In this document: positions 37,660 through 48,489 of the stretch, piece after piece
Position numbering within the stretch: position 1 is the stretch's first letter
How the letters are laid out: every line of letters begins with the position of its first letter
DNA from: Sphyrna mokarran
Lineage: Eukaryota
Assembly: GCA_024679065.1 (NCBI GenBank)
Contig: JAGIQG010000006.1
Span: 85,064,001 to 85,128,000, forward strand
Direction: 5' to 3'
Length of the DNA: 64,000 nucleotides
Made by a program: the position numbers and the translations under genes
The notes under the pieces: model-generated
What the model was told of the DNA's origin: nothing
Database searches by the model: none
The model's input: only the letters and a program-made list of their open reading frames with translations

Positions 37660-38317
37660 TAAGTATTGGCCACAGAGTCGAATACTGTCCATGGTTTAAA
37701 CGTCCAGAGTCACAGGTTAAGTTACAGCCATTTAACAGGTTTTATGGCAGTTATGCAAAGTGTGGTCTTACAATCCATAATATTCAATGTGCCCATGCTT
37801 GTACTGAACATGACACTTGTACATTGCAATATTTGCAAAGGGATTAAACTAGCTTCCGATGTTGGAGTAAGTGATGTGATGTCTCATGTGCTGGATAATG
37901 GCGAGGACAGACTGTCCATATTTGTCACTCGCACTCTCAGTGCCTGTGAGTGAAATTATGCTCAAATAGAATGTGAAATATTGCCTTTGATTTTTCAAGT
38001 AAGAAGATGATCCTAGTTTCATGAACGAAACTTGAGGCAAGCAACTGACAGGTATTTTGAATCCAAAGTCTTTAACACAGCTACTGCCTGCATGCAGAGA
38101 TGGGCTTTGATTTTGTCTGCTTATAAGTAGAGATAATCATAAGATCATTGCTGTGCCCATGCAATTTCAAGGGTAGAACCAACAGGGAGGGTGTACTTTT
38201 CCTTTTGCATACAGATGAGTTGCCAGCACAACAAATAATACTGGTAGTACAACTCAAAGAGATTAACAAGGATGTACATCTATGAGTGGTCAACACAGGG
38301 ACTGGATTTAGAAATAA

Positions 38318-38515
38318 AGTAAGAAGATTGACAACACCAGATTTAAATCCAACCGATTTATTTCATAGTAAGCTCACAAGCTTTCGACCTGTGGCTTTTG
38401 AGGCCATAGGTCGAAAGCCTGTGAGTTTACTATCAAATAAATCGGTTGGATTTAAATCTGATGTTGTCAGACTTCTTACTGTGTTTACCTTAGTCCAATG
38501 CCGGCATCTCCACAT
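38318..38515. mobile_element. Near-perfect palindromic PLE-derived mini-element with 14-bp target-site duplication
   Basis: agtaagaag..ccagatttaaatccaaccgatttattt..gctttcgacct / aggtcgaaagc..aaataaatcggttggatttaaatctg..cttcttact; tail agtccaatgccggcatctccacat; ATTTAGAAATAAAG at 38306-38319 and 38514-38527. Confidence 0.88.
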
Positions 38516-38860
38516 TTAGAAATAAAGCCTTTTTTTATGCGTAAGAATGAGTTGTCAGCTGATAAAAGTTGCGTCACATGAGGGATCCACTTGTCATTCC
38601 TGAAAAGTGCAGATTGCAGTTGCTATGTGATTTTCATGACCAAAACTTGGGATAAGATTGACAAAGAGTCTAGCAAGAAGTTATCTTTTGCAGCCAAGGT
38701 TAGATAAGGGCTTTGCAGATGCAATGAAAACTGTATGGATCATGTCAAACAGTAGAAAAGAAGCCTCCATCAGTACATTCACACGTAGTCTAGTGATGCA
38801 GCCTCCCACACCATTGCTTCTGACATATCTCCTTTCTTGCTCAACCGAGGAGTCCCACCC

Positions 38861-39145
38861 AGAATCAGCAACTCCCTACAGTGCAGAAGGAGGCCATTTG
38901 GCTCATTGAGTCTACACCAGGTATCCAACAAAGCATCTTATCCATGCCCTATACCCATAACCCCATATATTTATCCCATTATTGCCCTAACATACACATC
39001 TTGAGACACTAATTTAGTGTAGCCAATCCACCTAACCTGCACATCTTTGGACATAGAAAGAAATTGGAGCACTCAAAGGAAACCACACTGACACAGGGAG
39101 AATGTGCAAACTCCACACACTGCGTCACATGCCACCCATACTGCT
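38861..39145 (-). mobile_element. HE1-like V-SINE, tail A
   Basis: tccctacagtgcagaaggaggccatttggc tail; gccaatccacctaacctgcacatctttgga and gggagaatgtgcaaactccacac core. Confidence 0.85.
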
Positions 39146-39179
39146 GACTGGACATGTTTGAAGGCCCTATCACTTCAAG

Positions 39180-39480
39180 TACTCTGCTGTCACCTCTTTC
39201 CCTCTTTCCAAGAACCATAAAAGGGATTGGGAGTGACTATGGCTGTGGAGTGCTGGACATTAGACAGCAGGCCCAGGTTTGAGAGGATGGGTGTGAAGAT
39301 AGAGGTGATGCGTGGGGCAGAGGGAAGTGGCCGAGGCACCAGATCTGGACTAACGCGCTTGAGCCTTCTGTCATCTGAGAGGAAAGAGAGAAGCAGTGAT
39401 AATCAGGCAAAGGCCAAAATACGAACTCTAAGGATCACTGAGGCTGCAGCTATTGTACATTTATGAGGTCTGAGGTGGCA
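39180..39480 (-). mobile_element. L2-like LINE fragment
   Basis: Purine/G-rich antisense fragment resembling the L2 endonuclease region; weak. Confidence 0.35.
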
Positions 39481-40639
39481 GTGAATCATTAATTGGAAGA
39501 AATAATAAGTAAGAAGATTAAGCCATGCTCATCTAACATTTACTCAAAATGGACCTCATGGTGGAAGTGTTAAAACAGTTTGGAGGAGTCACAACACCAT
39601 CTAGTGTCAAGAGAATGAACAGACACACAATTAGTTTACTGGTTATTGTGAGTCTGTTCCTCTTGATAGCATAGTTCCTGTTGACAACAATTTCTATCGC
39701 TTTGGTATTGATTGACAGTGGACTGATGGGACAGTAATGCGTCAGTTTGGATTTGTCCCTTTTTTTGAGTGTGTATTATACAATAGTTTGATAAATAAAG
39801 AAAATTAAAATCTGCAGTTTGTTTATTGGGTGACACAATTGGAACACAACAAGATTCCTTATTCTGACCATAGACTTACCTCTGTTAACAAAAGCACATC
39901 AGCTAGTAGTCTTTAAGGAGGTCATCTCACAGTGAGAAAGTGAAAAGTGTATATCGTCTATGATCATTCAGTATTTGATGGAGCGCAGAATGACAATTTA
40001 TTTTGAACAAATCACACATCAAGATTTTTATATTCCACAATTATTGTATCATTGGACTATAATTTCTTAAATGTATGTGGTTTACTGCTGGGGGGTAGTA
40101 TTAATTTCTTACAGGACTTGCCCACCCAAAAGTCCTCCTTAGACATCTGCAAGTGCTTTTAACGACAACAGTTTTACTGTGGAAAATTCACCAAACCACT
40201 GGTGATGTTAAAATGATTTTATTATAATTCCCAAAAACCTACATTTTTAAAGTGGTAGGATGCTTGGCATCCAATCACTTTATTCGTGCTCTTAAATTCT
40301 TAATACTCCTCATATGTTTCAGCTGAAATTAAGTAGCATAGTGGATTAACCCTAGAAAAGTCAATGTTGTCAATTGTGAAATAAATTATACACTTCTTGA
40401 GATTATTGTTAAATTAGCTATAATCTAGAAGCAAATTATAAAACAGCAAAATGGACTAGAATTGTTAAGAATAGTTATTACATGAAACCAATTTCCTTTT
40501 CTGTAAAAAATATAATAAATGTCTTGTCCTGGTGTTCTTTTGCTTTCAGACAGAGCTGATCTTTGTTCTGCTATTAAGACCTACTCTGGATCTTTGTCCT
40601 CACATTATTTTCTGCCTTTTTCTCACACAATGCCCAAAT

Positions 40640-41300
40640 CTCGCTAAGTTGTTGGCATTTAAAAATCTGACGACCTATGTTTCAAACAACTTCACTGATT
40701 GAGCTTCCACAGCTCCCTGGGATAGAGAACGGTTAGGCATGATTCATTTTTTCAGAAGTTACTTCATAGATTTCAAATGGTCCCTTTATTTTTCCAGTGT
40801 TCGTACCATAGATTTTTTTATGACCCCAGCCAATAGATGGATCGATAGATCTGCAGTTCCTTGGCCCAGATTTACATAAACATAAGAACTTATATGATGT
40901 AGCCTCCAGTCCAAGAGATCTATTCCTGATTCTTTTGAAGATACAAGCGAAGATCTCACAGTGTAGACCTGCAATCTCTTTAATCAATGGATATTACACA
41001 AACCTGTATTCCTCTCAATCATGAGCTTTCTTAGTCTATCCAGAATTACATTCCAACTATCCTAAAATTAATAATGCTGCAGAACACCAAGCAAGCCCCA
41101 TTTGAAATATCACCATCATCTAGCCATTTTAGTAATATTGGACCTCTTAAAATTTGGGATCAGCATGGTCTTGAACTGGTCAATAAGACTAAACCTAATT
41201 ATATAATGATCAGAGTTGGCCAGATGTTCCCCCACATGGAGGTTTGCTCTAACACTAAGATCACTGTTAAAAAGAAATCTTGAATTTGCTTATTCCCAAA
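40640..41300 (-). mobile_element. Decayed CR1 fragments
   Basis: Antisense NLHVGEHLANSDHYIIRF at ~41190-41247 (CR1 endonuclease SDH motif); gcttccacagctccctgggatagagaa at ~40703. Confidence 0.55.
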
Positions 41301-42978
41301 TCTCTCACCAACATCATGTGTAAGGAAACAGATATTAACAGTGCTAACAAAACCGTATCTTCTGTCCCTGGCATAATTAATTATGCATTTAATGGTTTTG
41401 TGCCATGGTGGAGCTGGTTCGATGGAGCAAATGTAAATGTCATAGCTAGATGCCATAATGAAAAGGCCCCTGACATCACTGACCCATCACAGATGATATC
41501 AGATGGATCTTTGGGTAAAGCTCTGAAACTGGAAGGTAAGCCTCCTCAATCACATTAAAACTAAAAGATGTACCTGATAGATTCTCCCCCTCCCACCACT
41601 GGTGTTCCAGAGTCACTGGCACCTCCATCCTGAACTCTGAAGACTGTTCTTTTTCTAAAGGTCCTGACTTTTGCATGTTACCTTAGTCCAGACATGTTTT
41701 CCCACTGGTATAATGGACAATCGGATATGGGAGGAAGATTCCGGTCAGGCCTTCGCTTGTATCCATTAGTGGATTCATCACATATTCATCTCCATGTGAA
41801 GAAGATCATTTTGAAGTGCAGAAGCTAGTTACCTCACTCTTTTTTGACACTCAGTTAGCAGTTAGGTGTTATAATTTGGCACACTGACTACCACCCCCTC
41901 CTCCACCTCCTTCAAGTGGAAGCACGGTAGCATTAAGCACAGGACAAATAAATTTGTTCAATAAAATGCAGCTACTTGTCCAAGCACAGAGTACATTTTT
42001 CAATTCAAATTATGATTGCAATAAAGTACACGCTTTCATTATACTTGACAAGGTTTAGAACTGTTTTTTGCTGGGTGTTTTTAATGGGAGCTGTGTGAGT
42101 TGATGTCTACCACCGAAGTATCAGTAGATGATGGCATATTTGTGGAGGGAAGATTTATACAGGGTTGTTAATGCACTGGCCACATGTACAAGTCATGATA
42201 GAAGCATGAATATCTCTGGCAGCTGGCAAAAGACTTTCCTCTACATTCTCCTTGAACTGCTGCATTTTCACTAGTAGATTCCCCTGCTGTTCTTTCGCTG
42301 CTTGGTTTTCCTAATCTGGGGCCTCCGTGATGAAATCGCTTTGGCAGGCAAAGACGTGCAACAGACAGCATACAACCATAATCGTAGACACCAAGGTATA
42401 AAACATGTCAGAGAACCTCCCTACAGACTCTTGAAGCCGTCTGCAGTGAAACAATTGTTTAGTCAATGAAGGCACTGATGGTGGAATGGATTTGTTTCAC
42501 ACTGGATTGGTCAATTGGGGTCCTCAGAAAATACCTTGACTATAAAGGATAGTTTTGATCATCCAGGAGTCACTGAGACATGAGTCTTTCTGCATCACAG
42601 AGTGCAGACACAACAGACTGCCTTTAAATTAAGGCACTGTGACAAACCAATTGTTCTCTGTTTTGAAATAAATAGAAAGGGAGGATAAAATAAATAAGAT
42701 ACAAGCTTACGTAGTAAACAGTTGTCAGCAGTAAAGAAGAATGACTAATATCAGCAGGAAATCATTTGTAAGCACCTTTTATCGGTTTACTTCCAACATC
42801 AACACTTCTGGGAACTGGACTCACTGCATTTAAATAATCACCATTTAATTAGTGAAGACACATCTCACAACTTTAACTTCCTTGATTTTGAAGGTTCTCA
42901 AGAATGAAATTTAATAGCAACAGATGGAAGTAGAAATCCTAAGTAATACATTTGTTTTGCAATTCCCCTGCATGCCAT

Positions 42979-43253
42979 CACGATGGCACAGTGGTTAGCA
43001 CTGCTGCCTCACAGCACCAGTGACTCGAGTTCAATTCCCAGATTCTTCCTCTGTCTATGTGGGTTTCCTCTAGGTGCTCCAGTTTCCTCCCACAGTCCGA
43101 ATGATGTGTTGGTTAGATGCATTGGCCACCCTAAATTCTCCCTTGGTGAACCCAAACAGATGCCAGAATGTGCTAACTAAGGGGTTTTCATAGTAACTTC
43201 ATTGCAGTGTTAGTGTAAGCCTACATGTGACATTAATAAATAAATTTAAACCT
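42979..43253 (+). mobile_element. HE1-like V-SINE, tail B
   Basis: tggcacagtggttagcactgctgcctcacagc head; tail ttcattgcagtgttagtgtaagcctacatgtgacattaataaataaa. Confidence 0.85.
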
Positions 43254-43270
43254 TTACTGTAACATTGGGT

Positions 43271-43743
43271 CAGCATGGTGGCACAGTGGTTAGCACAACT
43301 CACAGGGCCACGAACCCGAATTCAGTTCCAGCCTTGAGTGACTGTGTGGAGTTTGCACATTCTAACCGTGCCTGCATCGGCTTTCTCCGGGTGCTCCAGT
43401 TTCCTCCCATAGTCTGAAAAGACATGCTGGTTAGTTGCATTGGCTATTCTAAATTCTCCCTCGGTGTACCAGAATCACACTGTGTGGAGTTTGCACATTT
43501 CCTCATGTCTGTGTGGGCTTCCTCCTCGTGTTCCAGTTTCCTCCCACCATCCAAAGATGTGCTGGTTAGGTTGATGGGCCATGCTAAAAATTGCCCCTTA
43601 GTGTCCTGAGATGTCTGGGTTAGAGGGATTAGCGGGTAAATGTGTAGAGAAATGGGGGCGTGGCCTGAGTGGAATTGTGGTCAGTGCAGACTCGATGGGC
43701 CAAATGGCCTCTTTCTGCACTGTAGGGGTTCTAGGATTCTATG
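43271..43743 (+). mobile_element. Chimeric HE1-like SINE with a duplicated V core
   Basis: Head and core run to ~43475, a second tgtgtggagtttgcacatt core starts at 43481, then tail A ...ctgcactgtaggggttctaggattctatg. Confidence 0.8.
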
Positions 43744-44131
43744 TAATGACACTGGGCTTGCCTTAGATTTAGAGAGAAATAGATTCGTTATTGTATCCTT
43801 CAGCAGATTTTCTAGATGACATTGATGACTTTTTTCTGGCTTGGCAAAACCAGTTCTAAAAGCTTCTACTTATACATTTCAAGAAATGCTTTCAATTAAT
43901 ATGTCTTGCAGTTATTGTTGTAACACCCATAATCATATTATTGTTCTCTCATCTCAGTAGCTTTGTCACATTTCAAGATAATAGAAACAACAGGTGATGG
44001 GGTTATTATATCCCTTATGGGGAAAGGGGTGTTGGGGAGTTTGTGGGTGTTGAGTTCTTCACTGAGCTGGTTAAAATTGCATTGATTGAAGTCCAGCATT
44101 TTGTATTTTTCAATGTCTTTCTTTCAAGAAT

Positions 44132-44472
44132 CAGCACAATGGTATAATGGTTAGCATTGCTGTCTCACAGCTCAGGTTTAATTTCAACCTTGGGTGATGG
44201 TCTGTATGTTCAACCCTTGCTTGTGCGGAATTCCTCTATGTGCCCAGCTTCCTACCACAGTCCAAAGATGTGCAGGTTAGATAGATTGCCATGCTAAATT
44301 ACCACTTAGTGTCCCAAGATGTGTACATAAAATGGATTAATCATCTGAAATGTGTGGGTTTAAGGGGATTGCGCAGGAAAAAGCCTGGGTAAATTATTCT
44401 GTCAGGCCGTTGTGCAGACCTGATGCGTCAAATGGCTTTTACTGTAGGTATTTTATTCTATTTATTCTATGA
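44132..44472 (+). mobile_element. HE1-like V-SINE, tail A
   Basis: tggttagcattgctgtctcacagc head; cacagtccaaagatgtgcaggttag core; (attct)n-like end. Confidence 0.8.
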
Positions 44473-45083
44473 ATTAGACATTGAACCCCCACTCCCCCCC
44501 ATGACCACCCCTTGCCCCAGTTGTGAAATTCCATGCAACCTGTCAGGGCAGGTCTGCAGTGCAACTCATATTGGAACTTTCTACAAAACAGCTCAATTTA
44601 AAATACTAGATATCAGGCGATTGGTGGTAGCCATCTTTGATCAGTTTTTTTTTACTTTATGTTAACCAGGTCCTCTTTAAACATGTTTTTAATTAGCTGG
44701 TGAAGTTACACTCCTAACCATCATTATACCATTGTTATCTGCCCACTCTCGTTCATCAGCAATATTATGAAAGATGTTGTCATCAATACTACTAAGTGGT
44801 ACTTGTTCACCAACGCTCAGCTTGGATTCCGTAAGAACCATTTGAACTCAGATTGAACTCACATTATAGACTCGGACCAAGCATGGACCACAGAGCTAAA
44901 TACCAGAGATGATGTTAGAATAACCATCTTTGAAATCAAAGCAATATTTGGTCAAATGTGGCATCATGGAATGTTGTTGTTAATGCAACTGTTAAGGGAC
45001 TAAAACTTAACACTATTTATTTTTGTAACATATATATACATATCCTCATGGCTAATTTCCAATATTTTAAAAACTAGACAAGG

Positions 45084-45272
45084 AGGCGGCACGCAGTGGT
45101 TAACACTGCTGTCTCACAGTCCCAGGGATCCCGGTTCGATTCTCAGCTTGGATCACTGTCTGTGTGGAGTTTGCACATTCTCCCCCTGTCTGTGTGGATT
45201 TCCTCTGGATGCTCTGTTTCCTTCCACAGTCCAAAGATGTGCAGGTTAGGGTAATTGGCAGTGCTAAATTGA
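45084..45272 (+). mobile_element. HE1-like V-SINE, 3'-truncated
   Basis: ggcggcacgcagtggttaac A-box region, ggttcgattctc B box and V core; no tail. Confidence 0.85.
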
Positions 45273-45519
45273 TGTTAGTTTAAAAAAAATGGACGAGGAC
45301 CTTTAAAAATGGTTGAATCTATGTCTGTCTGTGATCTCTGAACTAAAGAAGTTATCATTGATGTGTCAAAGAATCCTGCACCTTATTATCATTGAAGAAA
45401 CATTAACAGCCCCCTATGGGCTGTAGAGACAAAATTCAAAGAGAACTATATAAAGGCCATCTGCATTTTGTAAGCCAGTCAGGAGCCTATTCACCTGCAA
45501 TCTTTCTTTCACGTCTTAA

Positions 45520-45816
45520 TGGTTGAAACATTTAACAATCTCAAGGAACCAGACCATATTAACTTCAGGAGTTAATTGTAAAGGAATGGTGCTTTATTGC
45601 ACAAAATAAAGTAAAGCAAAAACTCCAATCCTGCGGTGAATACGAAACAGGTCCCAGCTGAGACAATGAAAAAATGGACCCACTCAGGGACATACTTTAT
45701 ACAGGGCTCGGTATATGAACTCAACATGGTTAATTAATTATCAATCCCCATGGAGCTCCCTGAGTCCTACAGGGAGATCAATCAGTGATTCCCCACGTAA
45801 GGCTTGGGAGTCATCA
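45520..45816 (-). mobile_element. Possible solo LTR
   Basis: The minus strand starts TGATGA and contains TATAAA then AATAAA in LTR-like order; no TSD found. Confidence 0.3.
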
Positions 45817-46559
45817 AAAACAGACAAGGAGATATGTACCCTTTGTCAACGCCAGAGAGGAAAGGTGGGAGTCAGTTGCCATTGACTTAGCTTGTGGAAC
45901 CAGTTATATTGCCTTCTGGAACTGTAAAGCTCAATCTCAAACTTTATCATTGACAGCAAAAGGCTCTGTCCAGATTGAATACCTCACGCCATCTACACCG
46001 TTACTACTGGAACTTCTGTAGTATCTTTTTATGAGGGTGATTAATCTCTGCCTGCCCTTCACCTCATATGGAATCAACCCCACTGGAAAAATTAATTATG
46101 CAGCATCAGTTTTTCCTTCATTCATTGAAGGAATGAAGGATTCATTTCTTCAGCGAAGGAAGGCCTCATTAGACTATGATACTGGACTCTGGACACAAGT
46201 GAAACAATGATATGTTGCTCCACAGTACTTATCCTGGAAAATTTTCTTTTCTCTTGCTCAGGGGGATCTCCGTCCCATAGTTTGAGTGCATGCAAATAAC
46301 CTAACCTTTTGGGTTCAACCTATTACTGGTTTGCTGTAAGGTTATTCATAGAAATTAGATCTACACCAAAACTGAGGTGTTGGAAAATAGGCTGCCAGCC
46401 TAGGCTGAGGAGAGAATTCTCTCCCCATGATCTTGCTCATGAAACAAAATATAACTATTTTTGCATTCATATAAAGGGGGAAGGAAATCACTTTTCCACT
46501 AACAGAGAGGTGGAGAGAGGAGAAATCAGGACTGATCAAATTAACTCCTCTCCAGTCTG

Positions 46560-47140
46560 TTTCACAAATGGAACCAAGTATAAAAGTATTGAAATTTTCT
46601 ACATTTGTATAGGGTGTTGGTGGAACCACATCTGGAGTATTGTGTACAGTTTTGGTCCCCTTACTTAAGAGAGGATATCATTGTATTAGAAGCAGTTCAG
46701 AGGAGATTCACTTACTTATTCCTGGAATCGAGGTATTACCTTATGAGGAACAGGTTGGGTCTGTATCCATTGGAGTTTAGAAAAGTGAGGGATGGTAGTA
46801 AAATCCTGAGGGAACCTGACAGGAAAGATGCTGAAAGGATGTTTCCCTGGTGGGAGAGACTAGATTTGGGGGATACATTGTAAAAATGAGCTCTTATTTT
46901 TATCCCATTTAAAATGGAGATAAGGAGAATATTTTCTTCTCAAGAATATTAGTCTGTGGAATTCCCTAGTCAACCGAGGAATCAGGGTCATTGAATATTT
47001 TTAAGATTGAGTTAGTTTGATATGAAACTCAAAGGATATGGGGGTAAAGAGAAAAGTCGAACTGAGTCACTATCTGATTAGTCATGGTCTTATCAAATGG
47101 CAGAACCATTTGGAGTAGCCTGATGCCTTGCTCCTGGTCC
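46560..47140 (+). mobile_element. CR1 LINE 3' fragment
   Basis: ORF 46605-46883 [35 protein letters not shown]. Confidence 0.85.
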
Positions 47141-47270
47141 TACCACATTTCTCTGTTATCAAGGAGAGCTGGAAGTATTAAAGTCAATTGGAATCTTCAG
47201 TGACCTCTCTTCTATCATAAAGTCAAACAATGAAATAGCCCATGCCCACATGCAGCAAGACATGAGCACC

Positions 47271-47470
47271 ATAGAATCATAGATTCCCTACAGTGCAGAA
47301 GGAGGCCATTTGGCTCATCAACTTCCCAAAGAGCATTTGACCCAAGCCTACCTCTCCACTATACCCCCATAAACCCGCGCATCTGCCATGGCTAATCCAC
47401 AGAGCCTACATATATTTGGAATCCAGGTCTCTGGCACTATGAGACAGCAGTGCTAACCACTGTGTCACTG
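47271..47470 (-). mobile_element. HE1-like SINE (internally deleted), inserted in older LINE remnants
   Basis: atagaatcatagattccctacagtgcagaaggaggcc tail; gagacagcagtgctaaccactgtg head. Confidence 0.8.
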
Positions 47471-48015
47471 AGCTGTATACAATTTAGGCTTGAGTTGATA
47501 AAATACAAGTAACATTCATGATATAGGCAATGGCATTGCTTTGACATTCAATGTTTTGACATTAAATATAAGTACTATCACGAAATGTCTCATCATTAGT
47601 GCCTTAGTGTTCACCATTGTCTATAAGTTCTGTAGAACAGCAAAATAAATGAGAAGCCCATTAGAGACTTATTCTGTTGAGTGTAGATCATTTTCTGACT
47701 CCTCAAAGTGTCTTCACCCACAAGACACAAGTCAGATGTATCTAATATATTCTTCACTCTCTCGGCAGAAAGTGCACAGAATCACCACCACCTCCATGCT
47801 CCCCTTCAAGTCACACGCCATCCTAATTTGAAAATATGTCTCTATTCTTTAATGATTGCTGGGAGAATAGCCTGGAAAATCCTATTGAACAGAATTGTGG
47901 GTGGAGCTTCACCACTACGGCAGTTCAGGAAGATGGCTCACTCAAGGGCATGTAGAGATGGATAACAACCACTGGTCTTGCTCATGGAACAAAATATAAC
48001 TATTTTTGCATTCAT

Positions 48016-48350
48016 ATAAAAGCAAAACACTGTGAATGTTGGAAATCTGCTAGTAACCCCTTCTGCCACTTTACCTCTATGCCACAATTAGCACTTCTTC
48101 AGTCTTTAGTGGCATCATTAATATCTCCTTTGTCTTATGCCCATGAGTTATTTATCAATCTATGCTTAGCTCCAACTTACTATTGATCTCCCATTCTGCC
48201 CCACTCACTCTCCAACTATCTAATTCATTACATTTCTATCTTTCTTCAGTTCTGTAGAAGAGTCAAATGGACTTGAAATATGAACTATGTTTTTCTCCCC
48301 ACAGATGCTGCCAGGTCTGCTGAATTCACCCAGTGTTTTCAGTTTTTAAT
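48016..48350 (+). mobile_element. Second PLE-like terminus family element with decayed hammerhead motif
   Basis: taaaagcaaaacactgtgaatgttggaaatctg start; agttctgtagaagagtcaaatggacttgaaatatgaact (48248-48286); cacagatgctgccaggtctgctga. Confidence 0.6.
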
Positions 48351-48362
48351 TGTACATACTAT

Positions 48363-48489
48363 GGGGTAAAGTTTCCCAATCCACCTGCTACGGGAATTGT
48401 AGCAGGTGAGGGATGGACCGTGGAAAAGTCCGTTGACTTTGGGTTAGATTTTCTAGTTTCAGGGCAAGCATGGCTGGAAAATCCCATCC
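48363..48489. mobile_element. Short MITE-like element
   Basis: ggggtaaagtttccc ... ggaaaatcccatcc termini. Confidence 0.45.

Noticed and set aside
38318-38480. Hairpin as a pre-miRNA or CRISPR-like repeat
   Set aside because: It is a dispersed multi-copy element sharing termini with a PLE; there is no repeat-spacer array and the context is eukaryotic.
40733-40987. Cys-containing minus-strand ORFs with a possible acceptor (chemokine-like exon?)
   Set aside because: No convincing family motif or partner exons, and the region lies among decayed CR1 fragments.
42150-42380. Protein-like minus-strand stretch (LLVKMQQFKENVEESLLPAARDIHAS)
   Set aside because: Bounded by stops and I recognise no homolog; a BLASTx search would be needed to call a pseudogene.
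45084-45150. tRNA gene-like A and B boxes
   Set aside because: They run directly into a V-SINE core, so this is a SINE head and not a tRNA gene; the same applies at 52430.
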